Below are positions 8,456 through 16,492 of a stretch of DNA of 64,000 nucleotides, in pieces. This stretch comes from a virus (Duplodnaviria; Caudoviricetes), in IMG/VR virus record IMGVR_UViG_3300027715_000010, positions 1-64,000 of that record. The stretch is one strand, 5' to 3'. The position numbers were made by a program, and so were the translations under genes. The number at the start of each line of letters is the position of its first letter. Position 1 is the stretch's first letter. The notes beneath the pieces are model-generated. The model did no database searches, was not told the origin of the DNA, and saw nothing but the letters and a program-made list of their open reading frames with translations.

Positions 8456-9288
8456 TGAGAAGTCAAGATCTGTATTCTGTTATTGATGGTGAAGGCTTAC
8501 ATAGTGGTATTCATAACATTATATATTTAACCACTGGTAAAGAACAAGGTATCAATTTCTATTACCATTGTGAAGCTACACAGGAGCACGAAGAATTTAA
8601 TATACGTGATTGTAAAGTAGTTAACACCATTGGTAGTTTAGATATCGCTTATAAGGATATCAGAATTAACACTATTGAACATTTACTTGGTGCTTTACAC
8701 TTTCACGGTATAGATAGTATAACCATTGAGATAACTGATAAAGTTACCGAAATACCAATTCTTAATGGTTCTATTAGTGGGTATATTGAAGATGATTTGA
8801 ATATACGTGATGTATTGGGACCTTCAAAATATATAATAATCTTAAAAGATGTTACCATAAATATGGATAACCAGATGGCAAAGTTAAGTGCTCATCATAG
8901 ATTTATTATTGATTATACATTTATGGGTCATAGATATCACGAGACTATTGGTGATAATGCAGTTCTAAATGCTAAGACTTTCGTAAATGTTGATGATATA
9001 CCAAGTCTAATAAAATCTGGTAGATGCCTTGGTGGATCTGGTTCCAATAATACCAATATAGTAGACTTTAAGAATAATAAGATTCTAAGTCCTGGTAAGT
9101 ATAATGAAGATATTATACAAGAGCTTTTATATCATAAAGTTGCAGATGCACTTGGAGACTTGTATATTACTGGATACCCGATTATAGGTAAATATACAGC
9201 TAATAATTCAAACCACACAATAAATGCGATGTTAATGCAAGAACTTATGTCTGATAGTAGTAACTATAAGATTGTAGAGGAAGATTAA
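8455..9288 (+). CDS. lpxC: UDP-3-O-acyl-GlcNAc deacetylase (LpxC) homologue
   Basis: G.GLHSG, TIEHLL.AL...GID, EIPIL.GS, AKTF, LGGS, HKV.D.LGDL...G.PI.G, ..H..N motifs. Confidence 0.88.
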   Translation: MRSQDLYSVIDGEGLHSGIHNIIYLTTGKEQGINFYYHCEATQEHEEFNIRDCKVVNTIGSLDIAYKDIRINTIEHLLGALHFHGIDSITIEITDKVTEIPILNGSISGYIEDDLNIRDVLGPSKYIIILKDVTINMDNQMAKLSAHHRFIIDYTFMGHRYHETIGDNAVLNAKTFVNVDDIPSLIKSGRCLGGSGSNNTNIVDFKNNKILSPGKYNEDIIQELLYHKVADALGDLYITGYPIIGKYTANNSNHTINAMLMQELMSDSSNYKIVEED

Positions 9289-9468
9289 ATGGAAGAAATT
9301 AGAGAAGAACCAAATTATCCACAAGATATTGTAAGAGAACTAAGGGAACTTAATTTTATTTTAAGAACCTTCTTGACTTTTGCATTAGAAAAGGATTATA
9401 AGGGGGAAAGTAAAGCAATGTCCGAAGAGGTCAAAGCTATCGTGAAAAAACTAAACAGAGGGAAGTAA
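9289..9468 (+). CDS. Small hypothetical protein (59 aa)
   Basis: Hand-translated ORF abutting the lpxC stop. Confidence 0.55.
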   Translation: MEEIREEPNYPQDIVRELRELNFILRTFLTFALEKDYKGESKAMSEEVKAIVKKLNRGK

Positions 9469-9471
9469 ATT

Positions 9472-9699
9472 ATGGAAGACCAAAACTTATTAAAATCATA
9501 TTTTGAACGTATAGAATCTTTATCAGAACAAGCAAAGTCTATTCGCTCAGATATCAATGATATTTTCAAAGAAGCAGAATCCAAGGGATTTGATAAAAAG
9601 GTTATGAAACAAGCACTTAAGATTCGTTCTATGAAACCAGAAGATAGAGAGAATCTAGATAGTTTATTAGATACTTACTTGAAAGAGTTGGGTATCTAA
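9472..9699 (+). CDS. gapR: GapR / DUF2312 nucleoid-associated DNA-binding protein
   Basis: L.S..ERIE.L.E....I..DI.DIF.EA...GFD.K.....L.IR........D.LLD.Y...LG. Confidence 0.88.
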   Translation: MEDQNLLKSYFERIESLSEQAKSIRSDINDIFKEAESKGFDKKVMKQALKIRSMKPEDRENLDSLLDTYLKELGI

Positions 9700-9704
9700 T
9701 ACTA

Positions 9705-9746
9705 ACCGGCATAGATTTAATCCTTTCGGTCTATGCCGGTATTTTT
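9705..9746 (+). terminator. Rho-independent terminator
   Basis: ACCGGCATAGA...TCTATGCCGGT + T run. Confidence 0.8.
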
Positions 9747-9753
9747 ATAAATA
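9746..9753 (+). promoter_or_regulatory. Late promoter TATAAATA
   Basis: Consensus upstream of the cell-wall hydrolase. Confidence 0.8.
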
Positions 9754-9786
9754 CGTTGTAAGGATAAACAGAATAAGGAATAGCCG

Positions 9787-10353
9787 ATGAGACTATTTAC
9801 ACTCTGGAGGATTTTTGTTTTTATAGCTATTATTACGGTGCTAAGCTATATTAAACCGGTGAACGATTACTTGATTTCACCATCATTAAAGTTAACTAGT
9901 AATTTATCTGATAAAATCATACATAGAGCAGAAGCTTCAGTAGTAATGCCGAAGTATGATAGATCTGAATTACTTTGTCTAACCGAGGCAATCTATTATG
10001 AAGCAGGAAATCAAAGTACTGCTGGTAAGATGGCAGTTGCTTCAGTTATTATGAATAGAAAGAATAATAAGAACTTTCCAAATACTATCTGTGGAGTTAT
10101 TAAACAGGGGGAAACAGATGAATACGGGGAAATGGTTCTGAATAAATGCCAGTTTTCTTATAAGTGCGATGGTATTAAAGAAGATATGAAGGATCCAGAA
10201 CTAATTAAACAATGTATGAAAGTAGCAGAATATATGCTCAAGACAGGATCTCAATCAAATGCTTTGTTTTATCACGCTGATTATGTAAAACCAAAATGGT
10301 CTAAAGACTATACTTTGATTAGTCAGATTGGGGACCATTTGTTTTATAAATAG
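9787..10353 (+). CDS. Cell wall hydrolase, SleB/Hydrolase_2 family, N-terminal signal/TM anchor
   Basis: CLTEAIYYEA..Q...GK.AVA.VI.NR....FPNTICGV, CQFS, ALFYHADYV.P.W, IGDHLFY. Confidence 0.92.
   Translation: MRLFTLWRIFVFIAIITVLSYIKPVNDYLISPSLKLTSNLSDKIIHRAEASVVMPKYDRSELLCLTEAIYYEAGNQSTAGKMAVASVIMNRKNNKNFPNTICGVIKQGETDEYGEMVLNKCQFSYKCDGIKEDMKDPELIKQCMKVAEYMLKTGSQSNALFYHADYVKPKWSKDYTLISQIGDHLFYK
10345..10352 (+). promoter_or_regulatory. Late promoter TATAAATA
   Basis: Overlaps the hydrolase stop, precedes the structured hsp20 leader. Confidence 0.7.
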
Positions 10354-10362
10354 AATTACAAT

Positions 10363-10483
10363 TAGGCTTCTGACAATTCGGACGCCTTGGGGAGGTCCCA
10401 GTATTGGGACCTATCCCTAAAGAAGTAGATGCCATAGTGGGTCTACAATAACATAAACTTGCTTAATAAAGGAGTTAAAAATG
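10363..10483 (+). promoter_or_regulatory. Structured hsp20 5' leader, ROSE-like RNA thermometer
   Basis: Three upstream hairpins then CTTGCTT-aat-AAAGGAG pairing the SD with a bulged G. Confidence 0.6.
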
Positions 10484-10891
10484 CAATTAGAAGACTTATT
10501 TTTATCAACATTATGCCAAAACTATCCAGGGCAAACAGCAAAGTATCCCCCAACTAATATCGCAACTATTCAAGAAGACGGTAAAGTTGTCGGTGGATTT
10601 ATTGAAATCGCAGTTGCTGGTTTTAGTAAAGAAGATATACATATCTCAAAAGAACCAATCCCCGGTACTTCCAAAACAAAATTGGTAGTCTACGGCAATG
10701 GTACAGATGGTACCCCAGATGATATCGTTTATAGTTTACGTGAATTAGCTATGCGTGATTTTGAACGAACTTTTGTATTGGATGCTTTCATAGAAGTTAA
10801 GGATATTACATTGATTGATGGTATTCTTACAATTAAAGTGGATCGTGTTTTACCAAAAGAGATGAAACCGGTTAAACTAACAATTAAATAA
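10481..10891 (+). CDS. hsp20: Small heat shock protein Hsp20
   Basis: YPP.NI, IEIAVAGFSKEDI, LA.R.FER.F.L, L.DGIL.I...R..P.E.KP. Confidence 0.92.
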   Translation: MQLEDLFLSTLCQNYPGQTAKYPPTNIATIQEDGKVVGGFIEIAVAGFSKEDIHISKEPIPGTSKTKLVVYGNGTDGTPDDIVYSLRELAMRDFERTFVLDAFIEVKDITLIDGILTIKVDRVLPKEMKPVKLTIK

Positions 10892-10902
10892 AACTTGACT
10901 TT

Positions 10903-10938
10903 CTGGTGGATATCTGTTAAAGGTATCCACTAGGTTTA
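10903..10938 (+). terminator. Hairpin/terminator after hsp20, overlapping a weak TTGACT-N17-TAAAGG promoter
   Basis: CTGGTGGATATCT...AGGTATCCACTAG inverted repeat. Confidence 0.55.
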
Positions 10939-10959
10939 ATTTGAACGGAGGACTATATT

Positions 10960-11457
10960 ATGAACGAGATTACTTACGTGGTTAACAATACCACGGAATT
11001 TGTAGAGAAGCTTATTGAACGACATCCTAATAAACGTCTTGAGATTCTAGCATATTGCTCAGTAGTTATTGGTAAGAACGATGCTTACTTTAATACTGTA
11101 GTTGATAATCTAAAGAAGTTTGACAAAGAAAAATCAGAAGTTACCAAAAAACACCAGAACTATCTAAAGATTCTATTCGGTGACTCAGAAGCTTTCAAAA
11201 ATGATGACCGTAGAGATGGTCTCATCTATGTTATTATGCTAAGACCAGAACTAACTTCTGTATTACTAAGCAATACTATACAATTCCCAGACTTATTACC
11301 ATTGATTGATAAATGCTGGAAGGACTTTTCTTATAATGGTATTTTCAAATCATTAGAAGTTGTAAAGAACCTAACCAATGAAACAGTTCTAACTTATGAT
11401 AGATCTGCTTTTATGAATAGTAGAAACAAGAGATACCCATATCCGAAAGCTTGGTAA
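10960..11457 (+). CDS. Hypothetical protein
   Basis: ORF with RBS GGAGG. Confidence 0.7.
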   Translation: MNEITYVVNNTTEFVEKLIERHPNKRLEILAYCSVVIGKNDAYFNTVVDNLKKFDKEKSEVTKKHQNYLKILFGDSEAFKNDDRRDGLIYVIMLRPELTSVLLSNTIQFPDLLPLIDKCWKDFSYNGIFKSLEVVKNLTNETVLTYDRSAFMNSRNKRYPYPKAW

Positions 11458-11459
11458 TC

Positions 11460-11942
11460 GTGAATATATTCTACCTAGACACAGATCCAGTAAAGTGTGC
11501 TCAGTATCATAACAATCGGCATTGCGTGAAACTTGTGTTGGAAACCGCACAACTTCTATCCACTGCGCATAATATACTAGATGGAACAACGGATCTTTAT
11601 AAAACTACACACAAGAACCATCCGTGTGCTATCTGGGTAAGACAATCAAAAGAAAACTATGACTGGACTTATAGACTATTCGTAGAGTTATGTAAAGAAT
11701 ACACTTACAGATATGGTAAAGAGCATCTTACCTATACTAAATTAAATGATAAATTAAAGTTGACTCCACGGAACATTAGTTGTATAGGATTTACTAGTCC
11801 AGCACAAGCTATGCCAGAGGAGTATAAGAATTCGGATCCTGTGGTGGCTTATCGGAACTATTATAAGTTTGGTAAAGCACATCTAGCAGATTGGACGAAA
11901 CGGGGGAAGCCAGACTGGTTTTGTGTTTTTCCTAATGAATAA
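11460..11942 (+). CDS. Pyrimidine dimer DNA glycosylase / endonuclease V family
   Basis: NIFYLD.DP..CA..H...H.VK..LE.AQLLSTAH, H.NHPC..W, P.QAMP..YK...V.AYR.YY; GTG start 11460. Confidence 0.85.
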   Translation: MNIFYLDTDPVKCAQYHNNRHCVKLVLETAQLLSTAHNILDGTTDLYKTTHKNHPCAIWVRQSKENYDWTYRLFVELCKEYTYRYGKEHLTYTKLNDKLKLTPRNISCIGFTSPAQAMPEEYKNSDPVVAYRNYYKFGKAHLADWTKRGKPDWFCVFPNE

Positions 11943-11981
11943 ATGTGAAACTATTGTGTTTTTCCTAACGAAAGGATAAAA

Positions 11982-12158
11982 ATGTTAGAACAAGAACTAA
12001 TAGATGGAATGCTACCAGACTTTAAGAAACAATTAGATAACCACGATAACAAGTTTATAAACTATCTAATGGGTGAAGTTATGAAACTTAATAAAGGTAT
12101 GGATCCAAAGAAAACTAGAGAACTCATTAAACAACAACTAGAAAATATGAAAGGATAA
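11982..12158 (+). CDS. Stand-alone GatB/YqeY C-terminal-like mini-protein (58 aa)
   Basis: Hand-translated: ...KVINYLMGEVMKLNKGMDPKKTRELIKQQL; RBS AAGGA. Confidence 0.55.
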   Translation: MLEQELIDGMLPDFKKQLDNHDNKFINYLMGEVMKLNKGMDPKKTRELIKQQLENMKG

Positions 12159-12162
12159 AACA

Positions 12163-12708
12163 ATGGTTAAACAAACAGAAGATAACCTCGTAAAAGCATA
12201 TAAGTTATTGGAAGATAAATATAAAATGCTAAATAATTCTATGACTGGTATCTGCGAACGGTATAGTGCTAGACTAAAAGAAGAAAAAGAGCAGTATGAA
12301 AATAAAAAGAATATATTATTACATAACTTAGCACAAGTATTAATTATGACAGATAATTGTATACCAGGTAATAAGCATTATGAGATTCTTCGTTCCTATG
12401 ATAGAGATCCTCTTGAAGTTATTACTGGTATTAAGAAAGATGACAGATTAGACTTTGCCAAAGTTGCTTTTAGTGAATTACAAAAAGACAAAGCACACCT
12501 ACAAGCTATCTTTGAAGAAAAAGAAAGAGAATATAAAAATCTTATTAGTAAATATCAAATAAGTGAGTATGGACACGGAATTATTAATAATTTATATGAA
12601 GAAGAATGCAAGGCTAATGAAAAGCTTAAAGATGCAGTATTCTTTGGATCTATAGTTGCTTCTATGATATTTGCTTCTTTATTATTAATTGTATGGAAAT
12701 GGTTTTAG
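12163..12708 (+). CDS. Coiled-coil protein with C-terminal TM helix
   Basis: Heptad-rich body, hydrophobic C-term. Confidence 0.6.
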   Translation: MVKQTEDNLVKAYKLLEDKYKMLNNSMTGICERYSARLKEEKEQYENKKNILLHNLAQVLIMTDNCIPGNKHYEILRSYDRDPLEVITGIKKDDRLDFAKVAFSELQKDKAHLQAIFEEKEREYKNLISKYQISEYGHGIINNLYEEECKANEKLKDAVFFGSIVASMIFASLLLIVWKWF

Positions 12709-12717
12709 AGGTATAAA

Positions 12718-12969
12718 ATGGAACTATATGAGATTATACCAAAAGAATATAGCTATACTCTACATTATAATACCCATAGACCAGATGACTTAGAAGAATA
12801 CATCAAATCAACTGGAATAGACTTAGATCCAAGAGAAAAAGAATTGTGTATTAAAAACAATAGTTTATATGAACTAGGTGTCTGGGATACGGAGTGGAAC
12901 AATCATTGGTTTTTCTATGCAGCTAGTATGGAAAGGTTATTGGAATTAGTAGAAAAGGAGTTACTATGA
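12718..12969 (+). CDS. Hypothetical protein
   Basis: ORF with RBS GAGGT. Confidence 0.65.
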   Translation: MELYEIIPKEYSYTLHYNTHRPDDLEEYIKSTGIDLDPREKELCIKNNSLYELGVWDTEWNNHWFFYAASMERLLELVEKELL

Positions 12970-13244
12970 AAATACTTAGGTTTGGTGCTGACTGGTGTAG
13001 TCAATGCGTTATGATAGAAAAGATGAAGATTCTGGATGGTATTAAAGAAAAGTATCCATCTATTGAGATAGAATATATTGATATAGAGGATACCAGTAAG
13101 GCTAGTATGGTAGACCTATATAAAGTAAAAACACTGCCGACTTTAATCTTCATAAATAATGATGTTGAAATTAAACGATTAGATAACGGTGTAAATAGAA
13201 AATCTATTACAGAAGCCATAGAGGAGATACTAAATGGAAAATAA
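12966..13244 (+). CDS. Thioredoxin
   Basis: F.ADWCSQC, V..LPTLIF. Confidence 0.9.
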   Translation: MKILRFGADWCSQCVMIEKMKILDGIKEKYPSIEIEYIDIEDTSKASMVDLYKVKTLPTLIFINNDVEIKRLDNGVNRKSITEAIEEILNGK

Positions 13245-13695
13245 ATGCTATGAAGTCTATCCAGTAAAAGTTAAGAAACTATACGAAGATAGTCAGATCC
13301 CAACTTATGGAACCAGTGGTGCTGCTGGTCTGGATCTTTATTCTCACGATGATACATTGATTTTACCTTGGGAACGAAAACTAATTGATACTGGTATAGC
13401 TATAGATCTATCAGCTGGTACAGAAAATCTATTAGCTTTTATTACACCAAGATCTGGTCTTGCTTTGAAAAATGGTATTACGGTGCTGAACTCGCCGGGA
13501 TTATTGGACTCCGACTACCGTGGATCCCTCGGAATTATTCTTTTTAACAGTAGTACAGAGACTTTCAAAGTAGAAAAAGGTATGCGTATAGCACAGATGG
13601 TAATTTTATCATATAAACCAGTTAACTTTGAATTGGTAGAAGATCTTAGTTCTACAGATAGAAACGGTGGTTTTGGATCTACTGGTGTTAAATAA
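13234..13695 (+). CDS. dut: dUTPase (trimeric)
   Basis: AAGLDL, PRSGLA, PG..DSDYRG, RIAQ, R.GGFGSTG. Confidence 0.96.
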   Translation: MENKCYEVYPVKVKKLYEDSQIPTYGTSGAAGLDLYSHDDTLILPWERKLIDTGIAIDLSAGTENLLAFITPRSGLALKNGITVLNSPGLLDSDYRGSLGIILFNSSTETFKVEKGMRIAQMVILSYKPVNFELVEDLSSTDRNGGFGSTGVK

Positions 13696-14174
13696 TGTCG
13701 GTCTGGGAAGATATTGATGGTTTTAATTTTTACTCTTCTTTAAAGTTTGTTGATTATACAGTAGCAACCGAAGAAGAGCGCAAAACCAAACGAAATCACT
13801 ATAAGAACTTCGTTCGTTTTAGATTTATCTTGCATCTGGTATATAATCATACACAGGAACTAATAGATGCTGGTATATCTACTGAGCAAATGAAACTAAT
13901 GGCATTAACAGGTAGAAGTCCGGAATCTTGGTCTTGCCATCACAAGATCCCAATCCACGGTGGCGGCTCAAATGAGTTTCGTAATCTTATATTACTACCA
14001 AAGGAACTTCATATAGCAGTGCATAATTATATTGACACCTTCACGATTTTAGCATATAAACCAGGTGAGACTCATAATATACCAATACCGATGTTTGAAG
14101 GACAAATCTATAATGCTAAAAAAGAGAATATTAAGTATACTCCGGTAACCGGTCCTTTACCAAAAGTTGCTTAG
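13695..14174 (+). CDS. HNH-motif nuclease-like protein
   Basis: HHKIPIHGGGSNEFRNLILL...LH..VH. Confidence 0.75.
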   Translation: MSVWEDIDGFNFYSSLKFVDYTVATEEERKTKRNHYKNFVRFRFILHLVYNHTQELIDAGISTEQMKLMALTGRSPESWSCHHKIPIHGGGSNEFRNLILLPKELHIAVHNYIDTFTILAYKPGETHNIPIPMFEGQIYNAKKENIKYTPVTGPLPKVA

Positions 14175-14181
14175 ATATCAA

Positions 14182-14267
14182 GGGAGAGTTGCAGAGCGGT
14201 TAAATGCAACAGACTGTAAATCTGTCGTCTTCGGACTTCGGTAGTTCGAATCTACCCTCTCCCACCA
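14182..14267 (+). tRNA. trnY: tRNA-Tyr(GTA)
   Basis: GGGAGAG/CTCTCCC acceptor, anticodon arm ACAGA-CTGTAAA-TCTGT, long variable arm, GTTCGAAT, encoded CCA. Confidence 0.96.
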
Positions 14268-14271
14268 GTTT

Positions 14272-14279
14272 TATAAATA
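14272..14279 (+). promoter_or_regulatory. Late promoter TATAAATA
   Basis: Upstream of RBS GAGGT and ATG 14300. Confidence 0.8.
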
Positions 14280-14299
14280 CTTAGAAAGAGGTATTTACA

Positions 14300-15100
14300 A
14301 TGTATAAAGTAAGAGTATTAAAAGAAGATAGTGTATCTGGTATATTACAGAAGATAGACACTACCATTAAAGGTAAAGAGTTTTCTAATAGCAAGATACT
14401 AGCTTCAGATTATTTTAGATTTATTGCCAAGTTTCTACCAAATATACAGAAAAGTATTAATAGCCTAGATCCTTCTGACGTCAGCAGCGGTAAAGTTGCA
14501 TCTGACTTAAAGGTTGTTATCAACTTAACTAATAAGACTATAGACAGTATCAACAAAGATATTAGTGCTCCAGTAGATTCTAATCTTAAAGTATCTGTTT
14601 TATCAGTTCTAAAAGAATTATTAACTTTCTTAAATACACAAAGTACCAAAGTTACTAATGCAATCAATGACTATAATAAGAACGCTGTTAAGATAGATAA
14701 AGTTGAGCATACTACGGATAAGGCAACTTTAGTTGTAGCCAAAGGTAAAAGATTCTGGGTACAAACAAAATGGATAAAGAATAATACAGTTTCTCAAAAA
14801 GTATTTGACAATGCTTTACCAGTTAAATCAAAAGAAGAAGTCTCAGCAGATAATAAGAAAATGTTACCAGCTAAAATAGTCTGGGAAAATGATAAAGCTG
14901 TTGGTTATGATATAGAAGTCAGTTGGGCTTCAAGTCTACGTAAAAGAGTTAGAATCTTCTTACCGAAATCTATGTCTGGTGGTAATACCGGTGATGTCTA
15001 TACCTTTCCAAAATGGTTACTTACAAAATCACTAGAGCAAAAGATGGAAGGACAACCTTCTGGCTGGTTCGTATCAGATTCACCTTGGCAGATCTTTTAA
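14300..15100 (+). CDS. Late-expressed putative internal head protein
   Basis: MYKVRVLKE leader; own late promoter within the early region. Confidence 0.55.
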   Translation: MYKVRVLKEDSVSGILQKIDTTIKGKEFSNSKILASDYFRFIAKFLPNIQKSINSLDPSDVSSGKVASDLKVVINLTNKTIDSINKDISAPVDSNLKVSVLSVLKELLTFLNTQSTKVTNAINDYNKNAVKIDKVEHTTDKATLVVAKGKRFWVQTKWIKNNTVSQKVFDNALPVKSKEEVSADNKKMLPAKIVWENDKAVGYDIEVSWASSLRKRVRIFLPKSMSGGNTGDVYTFPKWLLTKSLEQKMEGQPSGWFVSDSPWQIF

Positions 15101-15104
15101 AGAT

Positions 15105-15752
15105 ATGTTTGTAGCTACCACAATTTCGTTTATCGATTTTCCGGGTCAGGTTTGCCAGGTTTTATATACAAATGGCTGCAACTTCTCGTGTCCTTTTTGC
15201 CACAATCCAGAATTAAAGCATAAACAAAACACCTCGGTAGAAGTTTATAAAGATATCCCTTCCGTATGCATAACTGGAGGCGAGCCAACTATACACGGAA
15301 GTAAACTCGTAGAAGAATGTCGTAGAATTAAGGCTCTTGGTAAACTTATCAAAGTAGACACGAACGGAACCAATCTGGAGTGTATCACGGATTTAATAGA
15401 AGGGTCCGTGGTTGATTATATTGCGATGGATGTAAAGAATCTATGGTCGGAGTATCCAGAAACAACCAGAAGTATGGATCCATCTGTTGTAAAAATGACC
15501 TTTGATTATTTGTGCTCTGTTAATACTATAACTGTAGAATTCAGAACAACCTTAGTAAAGCCATTTCTTACAGTAGAAAGAGTCAAAACCATAGCTGATA
15601 TGATACCACTAGATAAGACTTATTCTGTACAAAACTTCAGACCTCTAAAAGTTCTGGATCCATCTGTCCCTATGGACAACTTTACTTCAGATGAATTAGA
15701 TGAGATCCGTGACTATCTAAAATTAAAGAACCACAAGTATAATATAAGATAA
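15105..15752 (+). CDS. nrdG: Radical SAM anaerobic ribonucleotide reductase activase (NrdG-type)
   Basis: S.IDFPG, GCNFSCPFCHNP, ITGGEPT, K.DTNG, DYIAMDVK, EFRTT. Confidence 0.85.
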   Translation: MFVATTISFIDFPGQVCQVLYTNGCNFSCPFCHNPELKHKQNTSVEVYKDIPSVCITGGEPTIHGSKLVEECRRIKALGKLIKVDTNGTNLECITDLIEGSVVDYIAMDVKNLWSEYPETTRSMDPSVVKMTFDYLCSVNTITVEFRTTLVKPFLTVERVKTIADMIPLDKTYSVQNFRPLKVLDPSVPMDNFTSDELDEIRDYLKLKNHKYNIR

Positions 15753-15785
15753 TCAATAACTTAACAAAATAGTTGAAAATAAGTG

Positions 15786-15852
15786 TTGACAAACTTATAA
15801 TACTATGTTATTGTCATTTTATAGTTAAACAAAACAGAGGGAGACTACAATG
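15786..15852 (+). promoter_or_regulatory. Early promoter + conserved leader/RBS module
   Basis: AT-rich UP tract, TTGACA-N17-TATTGT, AGAGGGAGACTACAATG. Confidence 0.85.
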
Positions 15853-16119
15853 AAAAAAATAACAAAAGCAACAATCAAAAGCTTTCTAAGAAAAAACCAA
15901 GGTAAAGTATACTGTCAAACACTTTCATACTTTGATGGACAAATTGATGGAACAACATATTGCAAGGAGTCTGAGTGGAAACTTACTGATAAAGCAGACG
16001 CTGCTATGATTGATATTATGAGAAACTACTTTTCACCCTATGAAGATAAAGACTACATTGGTTATAATGTTTATAACTGCTGCGGCAATTATAACATCGC
16101 AATCAGAAAGGGGAACTAA
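15850..16119 (+). CDS. Early hypothetical protein
   Basis: Follows the early module. Confidence 0.7.
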   Translation: MKKITKATIKSFLRKNQGKVYCQTLSYFDGQIDGTTYCKESEWKLTDKADAAMIDIMRNYFSPYEDKDYIGYNVYNCCGNYNIAIRKGN

Positions 16120-16120
16120 T

Positions 16121-16456
16121 ATGACACAAACATTAAGATTCCTCAACAAAGAAAAAACAGAATGCGACATCTGGTATCATCCAAACAATGCAAAAGGCAA
16201 AAAGACGGACACCGGAGTTAGATTCTGTTATACAGTTGAAATAAATCCTATTAGTATGGATGATGTTTTGGATTATTATGCAACTGATATTGATAATCTA
16301 CAAAAGGATATTTCAGAGGATCCAACCTGGGGATTGACTTTACTTATTAAATTAGCACAAGGAAATAAGTATATAGTGACCGATAATAAAAACGAAACAT
16401 ACTTTGCTAAAACCAAGGCAGAAGCTATTGGACTATGCTCAAAGTTCTATTGTTAA
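16121..16456 (+). CDS. Hypothetical protein
   Basis: Start moved to ATG 16121 (RBS AGGGG). Confidence 0.65.
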   Translation: MTQTLRFLNKEKTECDIWYHPNNAKGKKTDTGVRFCYTVEINPISMDDVLDYYATDIDNLQKDISEDPTWGLTLLIKLAQGNKYIVTDNKNETYFAKTKAEAIGLCSKFYC

Positions 16457-16492
16457 AATAATGTTATTTTCAATAACATAAGAGAGGAAAAA

